Assembly (NCBI GenBank): GCA_040954595.2 | Contig: CM082576.2 | Span: 7,939,129 to 8,003,128, forward strand | Direction of reading: 5' to 3' | Length of the DNA: 64,000 nucleotides | DNA from: Balanoglossus misakiensis | Lineage: Eukaryota > Animalia > Hemichordata | In this document: positions 26,556 to 43,757 of the stretch, in pieces | Position numbering within the stretch: position 1 is the stretch's first letter | Layout: each line of letters starts with the position of its first letter | Position numbers and translations under genes: made by a program | The notes under the pieces: model-generated | The model's database searches: none | What the model was told of the DNA's origin: nothing | Seen by the model: only the letters and a program-made list of their open reading frames with translations

Positions 26556-26570
26556 CATAGACTGTCTGTG
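26556..26570. mobile_element. 15-bp palindromic micro-insertion with a 7-bp TSD-like flank
   Basis: GCAAAAC|CATAGACTGTCTGTG|GTAAAAC. The flanks match at 6/7 positions and the insert is a near-perfect palindrome with CA...TG ends. Confidence 0.4.
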
Positions 26571-28165
26571 GTAAAACGCACTGTTGAGGAACCACCTGTT
26601 GATTTGAGCAGACGAAATTTTAGTATGTGATCGATTGGTGGCGCACGTCTACAGATGATTTTATTGGTAACACACCTTGAAGGGAAACTTGACACAAAAT
26701 ATGAAAATGATTGGTTGTACAGTGTATAACTCTGATGGCTAACAGTAACTATGCAGATGTATACAATTAAGCCAATGATATAAAGCCATACAAACGTGTA
26801 GACACATCTATGATATGATAACTGACTGGGAGACTAAATATCCAGGAGCACGTATATTTATATTTTCGAAATGGACCCCCCCCCCCCCCATATCCGCGTA
26901 AAAGTCAGCGAATCTGTGTGTAGTTTAAATGTGTGCTGTTCAATGGACAGTTTGTTCTTGCACGTTTGTATGAAACGTTTTCGCAGAATCGTTAAAAGGA
27001 CCAAAAACATGTTGTCCGAGCACTATTTGCGTGTTAGATGTACTGTATCTGCTTTGTCAGAATTGTGTGAAATAAAAATCGCCGTTCTTATAAGTTCTGA
27101 ATATCTCACAGGACTCCTGCGTTCCACAGTATAGACTTACTGAACTCAAAAAAGTGCATGGCTAACAATCGAACCCACATCCACATACTAGTACCTGGAT
27201 CGTATAGCATTGCTGAAAGCAGTGTGCCGTAGTTTTTATCATGATACCTCATCTCGTGTCAATACGTCTTCGAAAGCAGACATGAATGATCTCTCTCACG
27301 ATATTGTAGAAATAACCATGATAACGACCGACCAAGAAAAAAGTTCCATCCATAGTGACTCTTGCATTCGTATCCACTGTGCAACAATCCATCACCAAAC
27401 GCTTTATGTTGTGAAATCAGCCTTTCCCGCGTCTGTTCTTGTAGTAAAACGAACCAAGTAAAGAACCGGTAAATTTGGGAGAAAATGAAAGTCAGAGAAC
27501 GATTGGTGGGCGACGGTCAAACAATCTCGCGTCAACATATCCAAAACTCGCTTCAGCGAGGTATCTTCCGGATTATTCTCTCTCTCTGCAAATGCCTGGG
27601 TAGACGATGGGGGGTATAATACACATGGGCGTATAAGTTCCTTTGGAGAAGACCATCCGGTGTATGTAGTAGCTTTACATACGACTGAGCTAATTATACA
27701 TTTAACACCTGGTCACACTGACAGAAGCCTTTCTCTCTAAGTCATTCAAAAATACAACAGAACAATGCAATCGTACTCATGATGTTATGAACTGTAGCTT
27801 ACGGCGAGGAGTGCACGTGTATTTTTACCCCTCCGCCAACGGTGTGATAAAGGCTGGTAAGCGTATTTTAACAGCGTGTTTAAATATTCATATGGTTACA
27901 AACACTGGCATTTGGGAACAAGCGGCACATATTCATGAACTTCTTAATATAGTTCCATTCATACCGGTACGTGGCAACGTCAGTATCGTCTGCCCCGTTT
28001 CACAGTACAGAACGAAACATACCGATACTAGTATTCACTGACACATTCTGGCACATGAGGTTGGCGATACTTTGAATTCGTGTTACCTCTCCAAATAGGC
28101 CTACGATACACCACGCCGCGTTTTAATTCCCATCTTCAAACCCAGAGCCCAGGAACGGTTGGAAT

Positions 28166-30170
28166 ATGGAATACAAGGTGGTAGCGTTGGTCATTTTGGC
28201 CGTAGTTGGGTTGATCGGGTCACCTTCCTATGGACATTCATTCGACGAGAAGATGCAGAAGCACGTAGGTGGCCCGAGCTTGAAGGAAGTCGAAAATAGA
28301 TTCCATGATCCAAGCTTCGTCGGAGACAAAGAGTAAGTTCATCATTGCCACTTTTGTATTTTGTGTTGGTCAAATGTTATTTATGATGAGTGACACTTTG
28401 GAGATGCGGTAACTTTAATGACATACTGCATGTCAACAGGTTTCGCGGATGACACCTTAAATTTATAATTTCCATCTGAATATTATTGATAAAACTGCAA
28501 TTTCACTGAATATGACTACTTAACAATATCCCCTTTGCCTGTGACTTCAATCCCAGTTAATTTTTTGAAAATACATTGACTGTCATACATGCACATTTCT
28601 CACATCAAGTGTTCATGCATCCCATCACTGATGATTTCATCTTTTGACGGGCCCACGCGCATCAAACGTTTGGGGTCGGGAGGGGGTCGGGTTTAACCGG
28701 GAGCGTAATCTGGTGAGGTCGAGGAAGATTGGCCACTGTGAGTGTTATGATCGTCGTCACAGAATTATAGACAAAATCGTTGATAGCACGCACACTCTTT
28801 GTAACATTCGAATGAGAAACACATACCAGTTAGTATCATAACTCCAATTATAATATTCGTTTTTAATATTCGTGTTTATCAGAATTGTTACGCAAGTGCA
28901 CGAAAAAACGCAGGTACATCTACTTTGGATATTGAGCACCGAAGTATTCAGAAATAAGTGGTCATCCGAATTTAGGCATTTCAAAATTTGGCCTGGAAAA
29001 GTCAATGCCAGCATTCCAGACAGAAATCAAGACAGGCGCATACAGTGCGGTATAGACTGAAATGTGGACTGGCTCTGTGTAAATAATGGGTAATAATACT
29101 TTCGGACGACAAACCTGTAAACCAGATCAGTCCTAACTGTTTCCCTCGTTACATCCACACAGACACATTAAGGAACACCTTGAGGAAATTGCGGGTACGA
29201 TTGACGAAAGTAAGATGACAAAAGAAGAAATCGAATTCCACTTCTTCAAGTAAGTTTCATGGAAGTTCACTTGCAGTTTTTCTCTACCTCCGTTGCAAGT
29301 CTGTCCATATACCTCGAAGTAGGAATAATGCGACGCATCATCCCAACATCCTCCCCGTTTGTGAAACGAATGTTCACCCCCCCCCCCCGATTCAACATGA
29401 AAAAGAACTGCTGACGTCACAAACAAAACATTACATATATATATTAAGCTTATGTATTGGGATTGCCTTGAGCAATATATGAGAAAAGGTCTAAAGACTT
29501 GTATCGAGGTGCATCCACACGGTGACTCTTTTCTTAAAATCTCCTGGACACCTCGATGCTGATGTCTTATTTCTAAGCGCAGATTGCATGATATGGATGA
29601 CGATGGCAGACTTGATGGACTTGAGATTTTAGCGGCGCTCACTCATGAGATACACTTCGATGAAAACAGCGGCGTTAGTTTAGCGGAAGAAGTGGAAATG
29701 CAGGTCGAGCGTGCAACAGGTATGCAACACAAACATAAATGACCGAAACGTACCAAAGTGCCTTTTCACTTCATGCTAGGGGGTCAGATGACGTTATGCT
29801 AACTGCACTGTGGGTAATAAAAGTCGATAGCTCATTGAGGCAAGAGTTTAGAGATATTTATCACACAGCTCTGCTTGGTAGCAAAATTTGGTGAGAATAT
29901 GCCTTTTCTTTCTATAGAAGAATAAAGTGTGCCAGTCTTGCTTCATTGTATAGGACAACAGATATCTATCTACAAATGTATCTTGGCTAAATGTTCTAGA
30001 CCAGAGATTTTGCCATTCAACTTATTCTCTCCCATACAGAATCTATTGATAAAATTCTCCGACAAGACGATTTTAATAAAGATGGATACCTGTCATACCT
30101 GGAGTACACTGTGGCCAGGAGAAGATCGGAAGCAGCAACTCTAGACAAAGAACTTGACGAAGATTTTTAA
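28166..30170 (+). CDS. MCFD2: MCFD2-like secreted/ER double EF-hand protein, copy B (173 aa)
   Basis: Exons 28166-28332, 29163-29249, 29583-29719, 30040-30170. Same phases and internal exon sizes (87, 137) as copy A. Signal peptide MEYKVVALVILAVVGLIGSPSYG; HDMDDDGRLDGLE; DDFNKDGYLSYLE. Confidence 0.87.
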
Positions 30171-31267
30171 GAACAAGTTTTTTCATTTTTATTGTTACCA
30201 CCTCATCAGGAATTATAACTTCTTGAGGATTTCCATGATTTTATATTTCTTGCAATTTTTTTTATTACAATATGCAAGGCCAACACGCGCCACATACAGA
30301 AACCATACACGGTTAGCCAAAATTATATCAGGTGATTGTTGTCTTTGAGTTAACATGTTGAGCACTTGGTGATTTGAAAGATCAGTATGGCTGACATTTT
30401 GGTATTTTTCATTCTACACAAAATTAAAATTGAATTCTAACTACTATCCCAGGTATGCCCACCATGGAGAAGTACTTCTTAGTTTCACATTATATGGTTT
30501 TGAGCAAGCGAGATAAAACAATTTCAAAAGAGATAACTGTTTCCTGACATTCAACTAAATTTCAGTAAATGCAGCGTACAATAAAACGTTAAGTTTTAAA
30601 AGAAAAAAGTCTTGTAAAAGTTTTATGTAAAATGCATGAGAAGCTAGCTGAAGAAAATTTCTAAAATAAAGTAAAAGTGACAAAACTTAATTTTTCATTG
30701 TTTACAGAGTCTGAATAAAGTACTAAGCTATGCAATTCTTGTTTTTCCAATTCAACAGAGGTGTCCGTTTTCCAGAATTTCCAAATACAGGTCTCATCTT
30801 AACAGCTGTGAGAATGCCGACAGAACTACATGACCTCTGTGATCTGTATGGTACAGCACCTATTTAAGATAACAATGCAGCATAATCTTTGGTAGTACTT
30901 TCCCTTAAATAGGTCCGCCAGAGAACAGCAATGAACTGGGTTGACATCATAAGAACAAACTATCATCTACTCTGAAATCTGTCATCTTATGTTAAAAATC
31001 ACATGAAGATGCTTTTCTCTCTTATTTTACTGAAGTCTACACAGGCATTCTACAAAGCTTCTGTTCAAAACTTGCTTTTCATCAGCAGAGTTCTCTTCCC
31101 TGCTTCAGTTGCAGGAGTCTCCTCAATCATCGAGGCAAAGTCTTCATCCCGCCTTGTCTTGCATCAAAGCATATCTGGTAGCAAAATTGGTTGCCTGGCA
31201 ACGGGTAAAGCTTCTAGCACCTGCAGTTAATATCCCTTTGACATTCTTCTCAGTGACTGGAAGAGAC

Positions 31268-36949
<5,682 letters not shown>

Positions 36950-37345
36950 ATTGATTTCTGCTGTGACTATCAATTAATCGTACGCGTACAAATCGCCATG
37001 CGTTCACAGGTTGACCTCTCAACTGTGTCAAAGTTCACCAATGTGCGGTGACGTTCGTGAAGTTGGCCTCATCCTCATATTCGCGTGACCTATCAAGCTG
37101 GCGCCAGCCTCATCCTCATTCTCAGCTTCCGTGACCTCAGGAAGATTAACAATCCGTCATCGGCGATTCGTTAAACTTTTCTCTCTCCACTACTGCGGCG
37201 GCCCATCGCGAAGTGATCGTTTTATGTGCCTGTGTCCATGGTACCATAGACATTGCTGCGGTTCCGTAGAACTAGGCTGAGTTCAGGATTTCTGTCATTA
37301 CAATTAACTGTCAGCACACCACTCAAGTTCGTGTGATGTGTTGCC
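36950..37345. promoter_or_regulatory. Bidirectional promoter RIOX1 / FANCL
   Basis: Head-to-head ATGs ~400 bp apart (36949 on -, 37346 on +). CpG-rich, with repeated GCCTCATCCTCAT and TGACCT motifs. Confidence 0.65.
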
Positions 37346-37471
37346 ATGACAACTGATGATGTAGCATCGGTATGCCCTCTCCTTATTCCCCAAAACAAGG
37401 AAAGAACTCGCTACGAAGGATTCATATCGGCTGCTGTTAGTTACCCGTACTTGAAAATTTAATTTTTAAGT
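37219..37471 (+). repeat. FANCL: Direct-repeat copy 1 of the FANCL 5' segment, including a complete duplicate coding exon 1 (37346-37435)
   Basis: 253 bp identical to 39226-39478 except at 37304/39311 and at donor +3 (GTTAGT here, GTAAGT in copy 2). Encodes MTTDDVASVCPLLIPQNKERTRYEGFISAA. Confidence 0.95.
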
Positions 37472-38394
37472 CAATAAAAAGACGTTTTTTCGGAGCTTGT
37501 CAACAAAACTGATCAGAACTGGAAGTGGGCACGAAATGATACTTTGCTGAAATGTATTAATAATTACGTCACTATTTCTTTGTCTGGCACTGTGACGATG
37601 CATTTTGACCTTTTTGACAATTCTATTTGTAGCACTGGCACACTATTTTAAGACAAGACTTACCTGTTGTTTGTTTACTGTGGTAGAATTTGCGAAGCGT
37701 GTGACATTCCTGTAGGTCTCATTGCATAGTTGGCAGCTACTGCCCCTAGTTGCGAAAGATAAAACCCGAGAACAGCGAATGTCTCTTATGTTCTGGATGC
37801 ATCGACCCGACTTGTCTGTCTTGCTTTCAATGATTATGTATTTGGAGACTTTCATGTTTTTGTGACGCTTTGTAACCCCGCAGCATACCCGTATGTGTTG
37901 GAGAAATTTATTTATAATTTCCAAATTTTCCATTGTCAGGGGTAGTTCGCCTGGAAATCCATGTTCTTCTGCTGACACGGGCTTATCATCTATCATCATG
38001 CAAACTGTTCCGCGGTCGTTTATGCTGAGTGTCACAAAGTGTGATCCGGCAAGATAAGGATCGCTTATGGGCCTGGTGAAATTTGAGGAATCGGTCCCAC
38101 ATAAGAAACCAAAAGAACAGAGTTTTCTAGTTGCCTCTGACAAAGTGAGCCGCTCCCTTTCACTTGAGTATCCAGACTTCCAGGCAACACCACTGTAAGA
38201 ACCTGTTTTCAAACACAGAGATAAATAATATTTTTGTGATTAGGCAATCATTCTTGAAATCAATGTGAATTGTCATGCAACGTACATGTGTGTAACACAT
38301 GAGAAAAATTGCCAAATCTTGTGTGCATAATTACTTTTATATTCAGTAAATTGCGCAACTCACCCGAAATCACTGTGTTGGAAATATCATCCAT
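37472..38394 (-). pseudogene. Spliced, 3'-truncated Cys-rich gene fragment, probably transposon-derived, inside the insertion at FANCL
   Basis: ATG 38394-38364 (MDDISNTVIS G|gtgagt) joins in phase 1 to exon 38202-37664 (GSYSGVAWK...RVCCG...IRCSRVL...SSCQLC...KQQ|gtaagt). A possible third exon from 37546 runs into the insertion junction. Upstream minus-strand donors at ~39160 and ~39037. Confidence 0.55.
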
Positions 38395-38628
38395 AGTTTT
38401 ACGCTTCCATCGTGTGTTTTGAATCAAGTTTATCAAAGTAATTCGGAATAACTGTAAAAATGACAGAATATCATAAATTTATTTTTTAGTATATTGACAT
38501 AGAATGAAATATGAAGATATGGAGATATGGTTGCTAGTAAAACACTTGCACAACAATTATAGACAGACACACGGGCTGACGGGACAGGCGCGCTGAGCTG
38601 GAAAAATGCAAGACCAATTCATCCTTAC

Positions 38629-38707
38629 CACACACACACACACACACGTACATACATACATACATACATACATACATACATACATACATACATACATACA
38701 TACATAC
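38629..38707. repeat. Compound (CA)n(TACA)n microsatellite
   Basis: Directly visible in the sequence. Confidence 0.95.
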
Positions 38708-39352
38708 TTTACCTTAAGTGAGAGAACATCTTGTTTCTCAAAATGATCTTGCACATACTTGTCATATATATTTTGAAATATAAGTGAACTGTCAGGCTTT
38801 TCTGTCAAATGTGACAGAATCCTACAAAACAAATACAAATAATTGGCATGTTTATATGAAGTATATGCAGCATTGGTGTAAGTACATGTATATCATGAAA
38901 TGAATGTCGTATAATTATATTCTAACGTACGGATAGGTGGAAACCCCCTGTTAAGTACGTTGCCGAGCACAATATTCTTTAATACAAATGACGTAGAGAA
39001 AATAAAACGGTATGGGAAAATTCAAGCTCGTACTTACCAATAAGAATACGCCGACATAGCTAGTGCAAGGTAGAAGGTCAGGCGGTAGGAAGAGTTCACC
39101 AAAAGAGGGCGCATTTTATCATCCATTGTTTATGGGTAGTGTAGCTTCGGATTGCTTACCTTGTCTCTTATATTTACCAGGCTAAAGAGTCAGTTGGAAA
39201 AAGTCAGTTGACTCGAGCGCGTGTGGTTTTATGTGCCTGTGTCCATGGTACCATAGACATTGCTGCGGTTCCGTAGAACTAGGCTGAGTTCAGGATTTCT
39301 GTCATTACAAATAACTGTCAGCACACCACTCAAGTTCGTGTGATGTGTTGCC

Positions 39353-42300
39353 ATGACAACTGATGATGTAGCATCGGTATGCCCTCTCCTTATTCCCCAA
39401 AACAAGGAAAGAACTCGCTACGAAGGATTCATATCGGCTGCTGTAAGTTACCCGTACTTGAAAATTTAATTTTTAAGTAAATTCACTTTAGTACAATTGA
39501 AATTGAGTGTTTCTCATGTACCGGTAAGTTGTACCAGTAGGGCCTGGGGTGATTTAGATAGTTACAGCTGGTACTGTACAAAATTAATTCTCAGCTGTGG
39601 TGGTATAATTAGCTGTGTGGGTATTGCCAGACAAACACTGAAAACTCAAGTTACATCGTGCACATCCGAACTGCTTGAATATTACTTTAAAATTTCTTTA
39701 AAATTCTGAAGGGTCAAGATTTCCTGCTGGACATTGAATTACCAAAGAACAGGGATTTGAAAAAGTCAAGGTAAGTTAATACAGATGCACAAATTGATTT
39801 GTTTCAGCTAAAACTGCAATAACACTTTGAGGAGATATCACCAAAATTGCAGCAACTGTACTTTTTAAACAAATCCTAACATTTCCAAACTTTTTTTTTT
39901 CTAGAATTCTCTGTAGCTGGAAATTGCAACATGTGCTGAGGGGCTACAATGATATTGTGGAGCAAAGGTTACAACACAGCCAGAATCTCTCCTCATTTTT
40001 GCTTGAACTGAAAAATATCCTGGTGAGTCAGAACATAGATAATTTTGGCATTTTTCCATCCTTGCAAAAGTTAGGGAAAGTGTAGCATGTGCATGTCTGG
40101 CAAACTCTGCTCATGTCTTTTTCCACAGGAGAGGCTGTTAGAATCCAAAGACAGAGAGCAAACTCCTGAGACACCAAAGTTTTATTCTCAGCTGGTGCAG
40201 CAACTGGAAGACATTGGTTGGGAGAAGTAAGAATTGTTAAGGCATTCTCTTTTCTTCCCCCCCCCCCAAAAAAAATGTCCTTCTTACAAGTTGGTTTAGA
40301 TAAGTGTATCCCCAGTGAAATTTTCACCTGCATCTATTGTGTTTTGCCACTCATCATATTGGTCATTCACGCAGGCATCGTGTTGCATAAACATTGAAAT
40401 GACTAAAGAATCATGCTCTCAATGTACTAGTATAAATAAATAATTTGATGACACTGTCAAAATCTGAGAATAACTATATATTGCTCTGCTTCCTATTTTT
40501 ACTTCCAGCCTTGCTGATGTTGATTTGTCATTTACAAATATTCAGCTGAAAGTAACTGACTCTGGAAAAAGACAACATGTGATAGCAATCCATGTCAATA
40601 AACAGCATCCAATGGTTGCCCCCAGTTGTACAACAGAGCTGCCAGCAGCTTTCAAATTGAAATGGTCTCACCAGGTATAATTATATTTTCCATCAGCACT
40701 AATTGTTCAGCTATGTGCGCAAAATAATTGTGTGACTAAAGGACCAGCAAAATATTCAGGTCAAATATACGAGAGTGAGCGAGTCTTGTCATGTGAACTT
40801 TATTTCAAATTCACTAAATCTGAATTTCTGGAAAATGGAGTAGTTAACTTACAGAAATCAGAAGTCAATGATCTCTCAATCGAAAATTGAACTTGTTGGG
40901 AATAATGTGCTGTCTAACATCAAAACATTGCAGAGCCAACTGGCAGACATACGACTTCAGTTCTCGCAAGAACTGGAAAGGTACCAAGATTTCTTTGCTA
41001 TCATTGATGAAATCGACAAGAAGACCTGGGTTCTGGAGCCAGAGCGACCAACTTATGGTGTCACACTGCGACGAATAGCAATGGGTGGGTAGTGAAAATT
41101 CAAGGAACTGTCAAATGAGTATCAAGTTTTAATTTATATATATTAAATTAAATATTTGAACATTTAAACTGATGAGAATTCACAGCATTGTGTGAAATGT
41201 ACATATGCTTGTTTTTTAGTATTTTTTTTTTTTTTTTTTTTTGGGGGGGGGGGGGGGGCAAGATTTCTGCAGCAGTAGCTAACCAAAAGTATGATCATAC
41301 ACAGGTTTGTCCTGAGCATAACCTTGGCAAACTACACTGCACTATTCTCCCTTAAGGAGAAATATCTTATCAGCAAAATCGTACACGTTACCATTTATAT
41401 CAAGGGTTTCTAAAGCAGGGCACCTTAGTAAGAATTTTGTGATCATATCAAAGATAAATTTGGAAATGAATTGCCTTTACAGGAAGTAGTTCATCATTAC
41501 AGATTGACATCGATCCGCTGCATCCTAGGATGCTTCCAGAGTGTAGATTCCTTGGTGCTGATCACGGTAAGTGTGTACGGTGAATTCCTTATCTGGCCTA
41601 GTTCAGACACGCTTTCCTATCACCTCCATTTGTCAATCGTTACAGCAAATAGCTGCCCAAGTGATCTATCTTGCACTATATCTCTCCAGCTTGACAGCTG
41701 CATGCAGTACATGATATAATTGTTAGTTGTGTACCATATTCAAGACATGTGATCAGTCTGGGAAGCCGTACATTTCATTTTATCTTCTGGGTAGTATTAC
41801 TACACATTGATGTCAGCCAGGAAACCCAGCATCACACACACCTGCAGTAACTTGTGTACATTCAGAATGACAATATTATTCTTTTCCCTCCCGATGCAGT
41901 GATAAATCCGCTCAGAGAGAAACTGAACACCAACTTGGAGCGATGGGATCAGCAACAGAGTGTGTTGGTAAATTTACAGAATATACTGGCAGTCGAGTTT
42001 CCTTCACCATCCAAGACACAGAAACAGGTAGGCACCCATTGATTTAACCAACCTTTCATCACCATGGTTCCAAACTCCAAAAAGCCCCAGAAACTCAAAT
42101 ATTGATTTTTGTTTCTCTGTAGGATTTCAGTATGGACTGTGGCATCTGCTATTCCTACAGACTGGACACTGCCATCCCTGATCAAGTGTGTAATGACCCA
42201 AGGTGTGGCCAACCATTTCACCAGGCATGTCTTTACGAGGTGGGTGTAACACAAATGCTTGACTGTGATCGAACCCACAAACTAGTCTGCTGTGTTGGGT

Positions 42301-42453
42301 CACATATTGTTCAAACATGCCTTACTATTGGATTGTTCTTTTTCTTTTTGCCAGTGGCTGAGGGCTCTACCTTCCAGTCGTCAAAGTTTCAACACCATAT
42401 TTGGAGAATGCCCGTACTGTAGTAAGCCAATCACAGTGAAGATGGCAAGTTAG
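39353..42453 (+). CDS. FANCL: E3 ubiquitin-protein ligase FANCL (369 aa)
   Basis: Exons 39353-39442 (or the duplicate 37346-37435), 39712-39770, 39905-40022, 40129-40226, 40509-40674, 40934-41084, 41483-41566, 41900-42027, 42123-42239, 42355-42453. Motifs CPLLIPQN..YEGFIS, DEIDKKTWVLEPE, HPRMLPECRFLGADH and RING DCGICY...CGQPFHQACLYEWL...FGECPYCSKPI. Confidence 0.96.
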
Positions 42454-43757
42454 CTGCCTTAATTTGCATTCCTAACTCAAAAAGAGACAGTCTTGTAGCC
42501 AGTCAGCCAATGGTGGTGCCGAGTTTGTATGGTACAGGAGTTCCTTATTTGGTGACTGTCCAATATTGGCAAGAAGATAGTGAACCATTTTGATTTCTGA
42601 AGCCTTAGTACTTAGTCTGCCTTTTCTTCGCTCTGTTGGACAGTGCCTAGAGCAGGCAAAATAGCGAATTCAGAGTTCGAGTTGGGTGATCTGATACATA
42701 GTCAACATAGCCATTAAGTTTTGGTAGAGTATCACTTTATTCCATTTATGTGTTACAAAATATTTTGCACAGAAGAGCAATTTCATTTTGTACTTTACAA
42801 CATAAATATATAGGTGTATCCTTTTATTGCAAAATGCTACAAAATGTGATTTAATAAAAAGATTGTTTCACAATAAAGAATCTTGCATACATTGATAAAT
42901 GTTAAGCCCAGAGTGTGATTTTTATGCCACCCAACCTTACACTGACTGCCTATATAAAATACACCTACTTTGTAAAATAAGCTGTAGTGCTGATGTTTTG
43001 TCAACCTATTAGTGACCGAACAGCAAAATCATGAGCTTGGGGACCAATACTTTTGCTGCATATTACTAAACCCCTAAACAAGACACTTCCATTTTCAGTG
43101 CACTCTGAATTATATTTTCACTCGACATTACCAAACCGTTGTATATAATGACAACAAACAGACTCATGTCAAGCGAGTACAAAAAAATCTTTATTTGAAA
43201 ATGAAAATGAAGAGGCAGTGCTTTAAAGTGACAGTCCATTTCATGTTTATTAACAGCTTATCATAAACTTTCAGTTGTCTTAAAGTAAGTGTCTCTGAAT
43301 TCCGATTGGGATATACACTGAGGTATTGAAATTTCAATCACTGCAGCTTTACCCAGGGGGTACATATTATCTATTTGATTTGGCAGTGGAGTAGCAAAGC
43401 AATCAAACACAAAAACTTGACAGTTACAAATCCAATATATTGTAAGTACATAATATTTATATCATATGGTATATACAATAGGTGATCAACAGTTTTGGGC
43501 AGAGGATGACACCATAGATTTCAACATAACCCTTATATATAAACCATGGTGTGAAGATACATGTATGTCAAAACATACATTCAGCTTACTGAAAGGCACA
43601 CATCCCCCACCCTCCTCCCCCCTTTGTCTGAGATTGGCAGTAGATCACAGACAGCAGAGAGGTGTGTAATTTGAGGTTTATCATCAATCAGATTAGGAAA
43701 AATGTATTAATCCTAAATCCTTCATTTTACAATATTTTACAACTATGAATTGGAGCT

